A stretch of 64,000 nucleotides of DNA from Isurus oxyrinchus (taxonomy: Eukaryota): the NCBI GenBank assembly GCA_026770705.1, contig JANJGN010000189.1, forward strand, positions 496,001-560,000, in the 5' to 3' direction. Shown piece after piece: positions 35,501-46,572 of the stretch. The notes below the pieces were generated by a model. It made no database searches. It was not told the DNA's origin and saw only the letters and a program-made list of their open reading frames with translations. The position numbers and the translations under genes are program-made. Position 1 is the stretch's first letter. Each line of letters starts with the position of its first letter.

Positions 35501-37369
35501 GACACAGCAGCACTCCCTCAGTACTGACCTCCGACAGTATAGCACTCCCTCAGTACTGTCCCTCCAATAGTGCAACACTTCCACACTACTGACCCTCTGA
35601 GAGTGCAGCACTCCCTCAGCACGGAGCGTTGATCTACATTATGGGACTGAATTCCCTGGAGTGAGACTCAGACCAGTGATTTAGGTAGGGTTGTGGGGGC
35701 TGGAGGAGGTTACAGAGATAGGGAGGGCTGTAGAGGCTGTAGGAGGTTACAGAGAAAGGGAGGGTTGTAAGGGCTGTAGGAAGTTACAGAGATAGGGAGG
35801 GTTGTAGAGGCTGTAGGAGGTTACAGAGATAGGGAGGGTTGCAGGGGCTGGAGGAGGTTACAGAAATAGGGAGGGCTGTAGAGGCTGTAGGAGGTTACAG
35901 AGATAGGGAGGGTTGTAAGGGCTGTAGGAAGTTACAGAGATAGGGAGGGTTGTAGAGGCTGTAGGAGGTTACAGAGATGGGGGAGTTGTGGGGGCTGGAG
36001 GAGGTTACAGAGGTAGGGAGGTGTGTAGGGGCTGTGGGAGGTTAAAGAGATGGGGGGGTTGTGGGGGCTGGAGGAGGTTACAGAGATAGGGAGGTGAGTA
36101 GGGGCTGTAGGAGATTAAAGAGATGGGGGGGTTGTGGGGGCTGGAGGAGGTTACAGATGTAGGGAGGGTTGTAGAGGCTGGAGGAGGTTACCAAAATAGA
36201 CACTGCTGTAGGGGCCACAGTAGGTTACAGAGATAGGGAGAGTTATAGTGTGGAGAGGAGGTTATAGAGTTCAGGAGGATTGTAGGGGCTGGAGGAGGTT
36301 ACAGTGATTGTGAGGGTTGTGGGGCCTGGAGGATTTTACAGAGATAGGGAGGGTTGTAGGGTCTGGAGCAGGTTACAGAGATAGGGAGGGTTGTAGGGTC
36401 TGGAGCAGGTTACAGAGATAGGGAGGGTTGTAGGGTCTGGAGCAGGTTACAGAGATAGGGAGGGTTGTAGGGTCTGGAGGAGGTTACAGTGATCGTGAGG
36501 GTTGTGGGGCCTGGGGGAGGTTACAGAGATAGGGAGTGTTGTGGGGACTGTAGGAGGTTACATAGATAGGGAGGGTTGTCGGGTCTGGAGGAGGTTACAG
36601 AGATAGGGAGGGTTATAGGGACGGGAGGAGGTTACAGAGATAGGGTGGGTTGTAGAGACTGTAGGATGTTACAGAGATAGGGAGGGTTGTAGGGGTTGGA
36701 GGAGGTTACAGAGATAGGGAGGGTTGTAGGGGCTGGAGGAGGTTACAGAGATAAGGAGGGTTGTAGGGGCTGGAGGAGGTTATAGAGATAGGGAGGTTGT
36801 ACGGGCTGGAGGAGGTTACAGAGATAGGGAGGGTTGTAGGGGCTGGAGGAAGTTACAGAGATAGGGAGGGTTGTAGGGGCTGGAGGAAGTTACAGAGATA
36901 GGGAGGGTTGTAGGGGCTGGAGGAGGTTACAGAGATAGGGAGGGGTGTAGGGGCTAGAGGAGGTTACAGAGATAGGGAGGGTTGTAAGGCCTGGTGGAGG
37001 TTACAGAGATAGGGAGGGTTGTAGGGGCTGGAGGAGTTTACAGAGATAGGGAGGGTTGTACGGGCTGGAGGAGGTTACAGAGATAGGGAGTCGCTGAGGA
37101 GGGATTGAAAACAAGAATGAGAATTTCAGGGGAAATGACAGAAGGAAATGATGTTAAATTCATAGAGGGCGACAATATTAAAGGCACGAACATAATTTTA
37201 TCAAACTGCGGAAGAGACCAGTCTATCTGGGTGGTAGACGTAGAGTCATGTGCAAGAAACACCTCACCCAGAGGGACATCTCTTAGCTTACCCTCGACAA
37301 GGAGAAGAAGTGACTCAGCTGCAGGGAGAGCAGCAAAGTCAGAGTGAACAAGACAAGTCGCCATTTCAT
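32399..37369 (-). CDS. HAMP: Hepcidin prepropeptide, 83 aa; join(37369-37292, 34966-34910, 32515-32399): MKWRLVLFTLTLLLSLQLSHFFSLSR VDTALGSSTIEKSVDSPDT GSLLQRQKR/MDRQQLCIFCCNCCNWRGPNETCGLCCRY
   Basis: Three exons (78+57+117 nt) with GT-AG phase-0 introns. Signal peptide, prodomain, furin site RQKR and the C-CC-CC-C-CC 8-Cys hepcidin motif. It lies among Siglec genes, as human HAMP lies beside MAG/CD22. Confidence 0.93.
32600..33210 (-). mobile_element. SINE (DeuSINE/SacSINE1-like) ending in a 33-bp minisatellite expansion (32980-33210)
   Basis: The minus strand has GCTGTCTTTCAGATGAGATGTTAAAC, resembling the Deu core as I recall it, and runs directly into the minisatellite. A similar copy is at 35065-35625. 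Confidence 0.55.
33488..33640. mobile_element. Young Penelope-like-derived insertion with a perfect 24-bp hairpin and a 14-bp TSD
   Basis: Arms 33488-33511 and 33521-33544 with a 9-nt loop; TAGAGAAATGCAAG duplicated at 33477 and 33640. Confidence 0.7.
34910..34966 (-). CDS. HAMP: HAMP exon 2 (prodomain)
   Basis: CTTTCTTTTTGCAG acceptor, GTAGGT donor, 57 nt open in phase 0. Confidence 0.8.
35685..37090 (+). repeat. 37-bp G-rich minisatellite (ggggctggaggaggttacagagatagggagggttgta) in HAMP intron 1
   Basis: About 38 tandem units. Confidence 0.92.
37292..37369 (-). CDS. HAMP: HAMP exon 1 coding part (signal peptide)
   Basis: ATG at 37369, hydrophobic leader, GTAAGC donor, TATA box ~90 nt upstream. 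Confidence 0.88.
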
Positions 37370-37456
37370 CTGGGAGCTTCCCATCTCTGCCTGTCTCTTC
37401 TGATCTTCTGGCTCTGCTTTGATGCTTTGGTTTGTAACTAGAGGAGCTTCCTGCTC

Positions 37457-37667
37457 TTATACCTGAAACACTTGAAGGGGACAGCCGGGGGCGGGTTGCT
37501 GTGTGGTATCACACCCATTTCTGGATATTGCAGTGTCGATGTTCCCTGTCCCACTGGCCTGGGACCAGCAGTAAGGTCACTGGGACATTGACTGTCTGGC
37601 GCCGAGAACTATCAGTCCCTCCACAACGCCCTTCACCTTGTGCAAATATGTGTTCATATTGATGCAA
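37457..37667 (-). promoter_or_regulatory. HAMP proximal promoter: TATAA (37457-37461), GC box (~37487), BMP-RE GGCGCC (37598-37603) with adjacent Smad CAGAC, C/EBP TTGCACAA (37638-37645), C/EBP-ATF TGATGCAA (37660-37667)
   Basis: Motifs read directly. GGCGCC and C/EBP sites are established regulators of mammalian HAMP. Confidence 0.7.
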
Positions 37668-39739
37668 CACAACATAGCAAAAACATAGGGGCTGGTTCTT
37701 ATGTCGGCAAATCAGGTGAAGCGCATGCCCCCTAACCCCTTACTCCTCTCATTGCTCCTCCTTCCTGCCAGACACTTACTATTTTACAAATTGTGTGCGT
37801 TGCTTTTATTTCGGACAAGGGGCCTCGAGGGGGAACTGATTTACGCTGAGGTTTAGGGGTTAACAGCCATGTCATGTGTTGATCGGTCAGTGTTTACCAT
37901 GTGGAGACTGTCTGTCACCAGCTTTGTTAATGGTTTATCCAGGAACATTGAAGGGCATGAACGTTCTTGCTTTGTATGGAACAAGTCACCAACTGGGTTC
38001 AGTCATCGACTCAGACTCACATCAACATAAACTGGCTTCTGACAGGTAAGTTTCTATTACATGAGGGTAGGAGGAGGCCATTTGGCCCCTCAAGCCTGCT
38101 CCACCATTCAAAGAGTTCATGGCTGATCTGCAAACTAGCCCCATATTCCTTTGTCCCATCTCCTTTAATACCTTTGGATAACAAAAATCTATCAGTCTCA
38201 CAGGTTTAAAATGAACAACTTGATCGTGCATCAGTTCCTGTTTGGGGAAGAGAGTTCCAAATTTCTCCCACCCTTTGTACTTCCTAATTTAATTCCTTTT
38301 TAGGCTCTGACCCCGAGTCCCAGACTCCCCCCAACCAGGGGAAATGGTTTCTCTTTATCGCCCCCGATCTGTTCCCCTTATTATCATGCGAACTTTCATC
38401 AAATCTCCTGCTTAACATTCTAACTTCCAGGGAATACAAGCCGAGTTTGTGTTTAATCTCTCCTTGTGATTTAACCCTTGGAGTCCCGGTCTCATTCTGG
38501 TAAACTGACACTGCTCTCCCTCCGAGGTCAATATATCCTTCCTAAGGTGTGGGGCCCAGAATGTCTCACAGTGACTCCAGGTGTGGTCTAGCCAGGGCTT
38601 TATGTAGACTGAAGCATGACCTCTGCCCCCTTATATTCTAATCCGTGAGATAGAAAGGGCAGAGTTCCAGAATTGTTGTGTTTATTCGACAACAGAATAA
38701 CAGAGGAAGGTTTCCTCTCTGCCCTCTTCAGCCCCACTGGGAAGGTCAGGATGAGAAGGTTGGGCTGGGTCCCCTGTACTGGACACTCGCTGAATCTTCC
38801 AATGATAGTTCTGGGCTGGATTTCAAAACGCATAGACAAGGATTCAGTGTTCCATCACATTCTGCCTTTGTCTCTTTTCCTCTCGTTCTCTTTCTCTACC
38901 ATCCTCTCTCTCTATCTATCTATCTTTCTCCTCATTCTCTCCTGCTTCATCTCTATCACTTTCTTTCTACTTCTTTGTGTGTCTCTGTCTGTCTCTCTCT
39001 CTCACTCTTTCTTTCCTTGTCCTTATCTCTTTCAGTGTCTCCCTCTTTCTCTCTCTCTCTCTCTCTCTAAATGTGCCCCTCTCTAACAGTTTGGCCCAGT
39101 ACTCTTATTTCCCTGTTTTACTGGTGTTCCATTTGAAGGTATACAAGACCAGATCAGACCAGAATGTTTATTTTCCAGTGTTTACTGTGTTTTTTTCATT
39201 CTGGGTGTCTCTCGACTCTGTCTGTCCCTCTCTGTCCTTTTATTTCATTCTTTCATGTGATGTGGACATCACTGCCTAGGCCAGCATTTATTGCCCAACC
39301 CTAATTGCCCTTGTTCAGAGGCCACTTTTTAAAAGTGAACCACATTGCTGTGGGTCTGGAGTCACATGTTGGCCAGACCAGGTAAGGACAGCAGATTTCC
39401 CTCCCTAAAGGGCATTTGTGACCCAAATACAAGAATCAGCAATGGTTTCCTGGTCATCATCGGACTTTTAATTCCAGGATTTTATTGAGTTCAAATTCCA
39501 CCAACTACTGTGGTGAGATTCTAACCAGGGTCCCAGGACCATTACACTGGGTCTCTGGATTACTGGTCCAGTGAAAATACCATCAGGCCAACACCTCCCC
39601 ACTCTTCCCTTCCTCCATCTTTCACACTTGTTCTGTCTCTCTCTCACTCTCCTTCTCTCTTCTCCCTCTCTCAGTCTCTGTCTGTCTCTCAATCTCTCTA
39701 TCACTCTCTATCTCCTGGAGGCTCTCTCTCTCTGACTGT

Positions 39740-41025
39740 CTCCCTCCCTATATCTGTAACCTCCTCTCTCTCTCCCTTTCCTCCAGCCCCTACAACCCTC
39801 CCTTAGGTAGCCTCCACCTGCCTCTACAATCCTCCCCATCTCTGTAACCACCTTCAACCCCTACACCCCTCCCTATATCTGTAACCACCTCCAACCCCCA
39901 CAACCCTCCCCATCTCTGTAACCACCTTCAACCCCTACACCCCTCCCTATACCTGTAACCTCCTCCAGCCCCTGTAACCCTCCCTATCTCTGTAAACTCC
40001 TCCAGCCCCTACACCCCTCCCTATCTCTGTAACCTCCTCCAACCCCTACAACCCTCCCTATCTCTGTAACCTCCTCCAACCCCTACAACCCTCACTATCT
40101 CTGTAACCTCCTCCAGCCCCTACAACCCTCACTATCTCTGTAACCTCCTCCAACCCCTACAACCCTCACTATCTCTGTAACCTCCTCCAACCCCTACAAC
40201 CATCCCTATCTCATTAACCTCCTCCAACCCCTACAACCCTCACTATCTCTGTAACCTCCTCCAACCCCTACAACCCTCACTATCTCTGTAACCTCCTCCA
40301 ACCCCTACAACCATCCCTATCTCATTAACCTCCTCCAACCCCTACAACCATCCCGATCTCATTAACCTCCTCCAACCCCTACAACCCTCCCTATCTCTGT
40401 AACCTCCTCCAACCCCTACAACCCTCCCTATCTCTGTAACCTCCTCCAGCCCCTACAACAATCCCTATCTCTGTAACCTCCTCCAGCCCCTACAACCCTC
40501 CCTATCTCTGTAACCTCCTCCAGCCCCTACAACAATCCCTATCTCTGTAACATCCTACAGTCTCTACAACCCTCCCTATCTCTGTAACCTCCTCCAGTCC
40601 CTACAACCCTCCCTATCTCTACAACCTGCTCCACCCCCTGCAACTCGCCCTATCTGTGTCATCCTCCAGCCCCTACAACCCTACCTATTTCTGTAACCAC
40701 CTTCAACCCCTACACCCCTCCCTATCTCTGTAACCTCCTCCAACCCCTACAACCCTCCCTATCTCTGTAACCTCCTCCAACCCCTACAACCCTCACTATC
40801 TCTGTAACCTCCTCCAACCCCTACAACCCTCACTATCTCTGTAACCTCCTCCAACCCCTACAACCCTCACTATCTCTGTAACCTCCTCCAACCCCTACAA
40901 CAATCCCTATCTCTGTAACCTCCTCCAGCCCCTACAACAATCCCTATCTCTGTAACCTCCACCAGCCCCTACAACCCTCCCTATCTCTGTAACCTCCTCC
41001 AGCCCGTACAACCCTCCCTATCTCT
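39740..41025 (-). repeat. 37-bp minisatellite, inverted relative to 35685-37090
   Basis: Unit ccctacaaccctccctatctctgtaacctcctcca[a/g]c in tandem. Confidence 0.92.
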
Positions 41026-41279
41026 TGAAGGGTTCTCAAAATTCCCACATTTTCCATATCATCAACAAGGATATCACTTTTGCACCTTTAAACTGCTGAG
41101 TTAAGTGGAAAACCCTGCAGACAGGAGGCTGGGCCCATGAAGGCCCAAAACCAGTTGTCTGCTGCACTTTGTGACAAGCCCCGAATAAGTCCAAGGTCTA
41201 GAACCCAGGGAGTGGGAGTGATTCAGACGGCTCAGAAGTCGCAGGTGAAGCTGACACACACCACCACACCCTACAAGGG

Positions 41280-41770
41280 GCAGAATGGCCTCCTCCTGTT
41301 CCTGTGTAACGGGCATCAGTGGCTGAATGGGCCTCGTCCTTTTTCTGTGTAACAGGCTCAATAGGGCTGAATGGGCCTCCTCCTGTTCTTGTGTAACAGG
41401 CTCGAGGGGGCTGAATGGGCCTCCTCCTGTTCCTGTGTAACAGGCTTGAGGAGCTAAATGGGCCTCCTTCCGTTCCTGTGTAACAGACATCAGTGGCTGA
41501 ATGGGCTTGCTCCTGTTCCTGTGTAACAGTCTTGAGGAGGCTGAATGGCCTCTTCCTGTATCTGTGTAACAGGCTCAATGGGCTGAATGGGCCTCTTCCT
41601 GTTCCTGTGTAACAGTCTCGAGGGGGCTGAATGGGCCTCTTCCTGTTCCTGTGTAACAGGCTCGACGGGCTGAATGGCCTCCTCCTGTTCCTGTGTAACA
41701 GGCTTGAGGGGGCTGAATGGCCTCCTCCTGTTCCTGTGTAACAGGCTCAAGGGGCTGAATGGCCTCCTTC
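41280..41770 (+). repeat. ~43-bp minisatellite (ggggctgaatgg(g)cctcctcctgttcctgtgtaacaggctcga) resembling a tandemly amplified CR1 3' tail
   Basis: About 11 units; similar to the reverse complement of the CR1 end at 21060-21095. Confidence 0.85.
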
Positions 41771-42059
41771 TGCTCTGTAAACTTGTTGTGATACTGTAAC
41801 TGCCTCTTTGGTTTCATTCAGCTGAATCTTCAGCTCTTCAGTCTCTTCCTTGTATCTCTTGCCTTCCTCCTGGAACATTGGACATGGTTGGGTCTTCCCT
41901 GCCAACTGTTTCTTCAGTTTGCTCAGAGCGGCACAGAATTCGCTTTCTTTCTCTTCAGGATTTTCCAGTGGAACCAACTCTGACCTGAGGGACACTTGCA
42001 GCCTGTGAGGATGCTTCAATTCTTCAAACTCATTCCGAGATACACTCTCATATTCCCCC

Positions 42060-43157
42060 AGCAACTCAGCAACTCCTCCAGTGAAACATTTCAGAGCAGC
42101 TGAGCTTGGTTTTCTGGAACCAGTCTCGGCCCAGAAGACTAGGGCCCTCACCTGTCGCTATGATCACTGGAAGCTGGGCTGTCTGCTGCCTGTAGGACAC
42201 AGGTACTGGGATGAGGTCCTTTCCCTGTATGGATTCTCCAGTGTGTGTCTTCAGCTGATCCATTGTTGGCTCTAAATTCAGCGTCTGGGTTCCTTCATTT
42301 AGCTGTTTAAATGTGGGCTCTTCCACCACTGTGTCTGAGGCTCCCGTATCTGCCCCATTACTAGTGGCTGCCCATTCACTTGGGTTGTGATGGTTATAGG
42401 TTCAGTTTTTACCACTGTGACATTGGACAGGGAATAGACATCGGTATCAGCAGCTTCAGGCTCTGTGATATTATTCACTTCCATCATGTTGGTGCACTGC
42501 CTGATGGGCTGTCTCGATTTCACCCTGCATTGCTTTATTACCCGCCCCTTTCTTGTGGCAGTGATGGAATTCTGCCCCCTTGAACCTGCAGGTGTCCGCT
42601 ACGAGCTCAATGCCCCCCACATCGAGAAAAGACCAACTTCGGAGTTGCTGCTGAAATACTCCCACGAAGCCTTTTAGTTTCTGGAGCGGCAGAGACTATC
42701 TCTCGCTTGGCGGCTGTCTCTCTCTCTCTCTCTCTCTCTCTCCAGTTTGAGCCTCACGCCCGGTGGTTGGTTCCTGTCCCAGCTGAGGACTGGCGCCATG
42801 TTGTACATCCTGTAAATCCCGCCAGTCTCTCCCAGCACTTTCCATGCCTGGCGCTATTTCCATGGTGCGCTTCAAATCGATGTCGGCTTCTGCGAGTAAA
42901 CGGCTCTGAATGGCGTTGGGGTGAACGACACCAACCAATCGGCCCCGCAACATGTCATTGAGTGTGTCTCCGAGGTCCCAGTGCTCAGTCACCTGCTTCC
43001 ACTTCACTGTATAGGTTGCGATGGACTCTCCCGGGGCCCTTACTCTGGAGTTAAACTTAAACCTCTGCATTATTACCCACGGCTTCAGCTGAAAACACAT
43101 CTTCATGAGGTCGACTAATTGGTGAAAAGATTTAGAATTGGGTGTAATACACGTCAC
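42060..43157 (-). mobile_element. Gypsy/Ty3 LTR-retrotransposon gag-protease relic
   Basis: Gag-like QRFKFNSRVRAPGESIATY...LNDMLRGRLV; protease-like VNGQPLVM and GPSLLGRDW; frameshifted. Confidence 0.85.
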
Positions 43158-43169
43158 TGTCTTCAGCTC

Positions 43170-43900
43170 TTTCTCTCACACACACTCTCTCTCACACACA
43201 CACAAGCTACCTCCCTCTCTCATGCACACACACTCTACCTCTCTTTTGCTCTCTCACACATACACACTCTCAGTCTCTCACACATACATTGTCTCTCTCT
43301 CTCACACAAACGCACTCTCTCTCTCCGAGATGGAAGGTTGGGATTTTGAGACCGTCTCAAGGTTTCAGCTTAAAATGCGGACGGACTCTTCCCAGTGAGA
43401 GAGTGCTGCACTGTTGGAGGGTCAGTACTGAGGGAGTGCTGCACGGTCAGAGGGTCAGTACTGAGAGAGTGCTGCACTGTTGGAGGGTTAGCACTGAGGG
43501 AGTGCTGCACTTCCAGAGGGTCAGTACTGAGGGAGAGCTGCACTCCCAGAGGGTCAGTGCTGAGGGAGTGCTGCACTCCCAGAGGGTCAATACTGAAGGA
43601 GTGCTGCACTCTCAAAGGGTCAATGCTGAGGGAGTGCTGCACTGTCAGAGGGTCAGTACTGAGGGAGCGCTGCTCTGTCAGATCTGCCATATTTCAGATG
43701 ATGTTTGAAATTAGCAACATGCCTCATGTATAATTATATATCATCAACTCAAAATAAATAGATTATTCCTGTACGTTTCACTTTACTGTAAATTGTTGGC
43801 AGTTTCATTTCCTTAGAAACCAGGCTTGTGTGATCACTATTTTTAAATAACGTTAATAATAAAGATGCAACAATCCACACGCACACATGTACACACACAC
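43170..43900. repeat. Left arm of an inverted segmental repeat (partner 56790-57645; more diverged third copy ~58590-59290)
   Basis: Unique and minisatellite portions are reverse complements; ORFs 43749- and 56700+ share WIVASLLLTLFKNSDHT. Confidence 0.88.
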
Positions 43901-44029
43901 ACACACACTCACTCACAAGGGTACATAGACAGACACACACTCACTCACACATGTTCACCCAGACACACACACACAGACACACACTGACTCACACAAGCAG
44001 ACAGACACACACACACACAGACACACAAG

Positions 44030-46240
44030 TCATAATTAAAAAGTTAGAGTCCAATAAAAATTTAAAAGAATATATGATTAATACAATTGCTTGTCTTTGA
44101 GGTGTAGATTGTTGACGTTTGCAGCTGTTCAAGGTTAATTGGTTTCCTGTGGCATCCTGGTGGTGATTTGATTCAGATTTGCACTTTGTTGAAGATGCTC
44201 TGTTAGCTTCAGAAAGAGAGAGAGAGAGAGAGAGAATTTCTGCTTTTTTCCAGCAGTGTTTTTGGGTGACTTCCATCTTTCTTTTTCCTCCTACTTTCTC
44301 TTATATCTGCTTGACAGAACCTGTTGTTAAACTCCTGTCTGTATATTCCCAAAGGGAATTCGATCAGCATGTCTTGCATTCATTGTCGCAGACCAAGTAA
44401 TCCCTTTTTTGATCTTTGCATCTCTGAAACATTTGATGCATTTCAAGATATAAATCAACAGGAGATGGAGGCATTTCATCCTCCACAAGGGGTTTTGAAT
44501 GACTGATGAATATCTGCATGGTGAGCAGTTCCCATTAGCTTGATAGACCTACAGTGATCAGAGTTCAGCGCTTTGCATTTTTAAGGGAGCCCCTGTTTCA
44601 GGTGGACCCTGACACACCTCAGTGAGAACTTTCATGCAACATGTCTGTAGTGCAATTCATTTGAAGCTTTCCAGAGAAGTGATCAAGTTTGCAGTATCAG
44701 CAATCAGGTGACTCGTGACAGCCATTTTTGATCAGTGCCTAATTTAGTACTTTTGAAAAACAGGTCTCCTTTAAACAGTTCAATACATTTTTGGCTCGTT
44801 GGTTAAGTTGAAGGAAGCTCTGTTATGACATAACAGATGGTAAATGCTGAGCTGTTCAAATCCTGGAGGGAAACTTGAAACAACTGTCACAACTAATTTC
44901 CAACTTGTATGTTTTGAGGTGTGGGCTTTGAATTCAGTAGTAATGAGATTAAGATGTTTAACAGGTAATTATGGTTGGTTGAAAAAAAGGGTTTAAAATA
45001 TATTTTCCCCCAAATGCAATTTCCAAAACAAGTCTCTTTGATTGTTAAGAATGAACCAATTAAACCACGTTTGGTGGAGTCAAAGAAAGAGTAAGTTTAT
45101 TAGTTATCTAACTGGAGGAAAAATAATNNNNNNNNNNNNNNNNNNNNNNNNNNNNNNNNNNNNNNNNNNNNNNNNNNNNNNNNNNNNNNNNNNNNNNNNN
45201 NNNNNNNNNNNNNNNNNNNNNNNNNNNNNNNNNNNNNNNNNNNNNNNNNNNNNNNNNNNNNNNNNNNNNNGACAGACTAATGCACACACACAGACACATG
45301 CNNNNNNNNNNNNNNNNNNNNNNNNNNNNNNNNNNNNNNNNNNNNNNNNNNNNNNNNNNNNNNNNNNNNNNNNNNNNNNNNNNNNNNNNNNNNNNNNNNN
45401 NNNNNNNNNNNNNNNNNNNNNNNNNNNNNNNNNNNNNNNNNNNNNNNNATAATTATAGAGTCCAATAAAAAATTAAAAGAGTCGTTTGCTTGTACTGCAG
45501 CGTAGGCTGTGAAGTTTGAAGCTGTTTTAAATAAGTTGGTTTTCTGTAGATTCCTGTATTTTATCTGGTTCAGACTTGCACATTGTTGAAGACACTCTGT
45601 TAGATTCAGACAGAGAGAGAGAGAGGGAGAAATCATTTCTGCTCTTTTCCAGCAGTGTTTGTGGAAGACTGCCATATTTCTTTTTCCCCTCCTTTCTCTT
45701 ATATCTGCTTGGCAGAACCATTTGTTAAACTCCTGTCTGTATATCCCTGAAGTCAATTCGATCAGCATGTTTTACATTCATTGTTATAGACCAAATATTC
45801 CCATTTTTTTATCTTTGCATCTCTGAAACCTTTGATGCATTTCAAGATATAAATCAACAGGAGATGGGGGTATTGCATCCTCCACAGGGGGTTTTGAATG
45901 GCTGATGATTATCCGCTTGGTGAGCAGTTCCCAATGTTTTGATTGAACTACAGCTGATCAAAGTCCAGCACTTCGCATTTTAATGCCTTCCTTTTAAGAG
46001 TGTCTCTATTTGAAGTGGACCCTGACACACCCCAGGCATGAACTTCCATGCAACAGGTCTGCAGTGCAATTCATTTGAACCTTTCCAGAGAAGTGATCAA
46101 CTTCACAGTATCAGCAATCAGATGACTTGTGTCAGCCATTTTTGATCTGTGTACAATCTTGTAGTTCTTTGAAAAACAGGTCACTTTCAGACAGTTCAAT
46201 ACGTCTTTGGTCTCTTAGTTAAGTTGTAGGAAGCTCTTAA
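44030..46240. mobile_element. Two tandem diverged copies (~44030-44820, ~45450-46240) of an LTR-like non-coding element
   Basis: Colinear homology over ~790 bp; TGTTATG start at 44821. Confidence 0.55.
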
Positions 46241-46537
46241 TCGCAGTTTGTTGTCGTTGGGATATTGTCTTTGTGTGTGTGTGTTTGTGTATGTGAGTGA
46301 GTGTGTGAGTGAATGTGTGTGTGTGTGTGAATGTGACTGTGTTTGTGTCTGTCTGTAAGTGTGTGATCGTGTGTATGTGTGTTTGTGTATGTGTGTGTGC
46401 TTGTCTGTGTGTGTGTAAGTGACAGTGTGTGTGTGTGTCTGTGTGTGTCTCTGTGTGTTTGTGAGTGTGTGTGTCTGTGTATGTGAGTATGTGTATATGT
46501 GTGTGTCTGTGTGTGTCTGTGTGTGCCTGCATATGTC

Positions 46538-46572
<35 letters not shown>

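Noticed and set aside
37038-37364. ORF-track protein MATCLVHSDF... (108 aa)
   Set aside because: Wrong frame; the real HAMP exon 1 starts at ATG 37369 and splices at 37292.
37519-37527. Possible STAT3 site in the HAMP promoter (TTCTGGATA)
   Set aside because: It does not fit TTCnnnGAA or TT(N5)AA.
41747-42060. Coiled-coil-like peptide (EEKESEFCAALSKLKKQL...) as a host gene exon
   Set aside because: It is contiguous with the Gypsy relic and a minisatellite, and I could not define convincing splice sites or a family.
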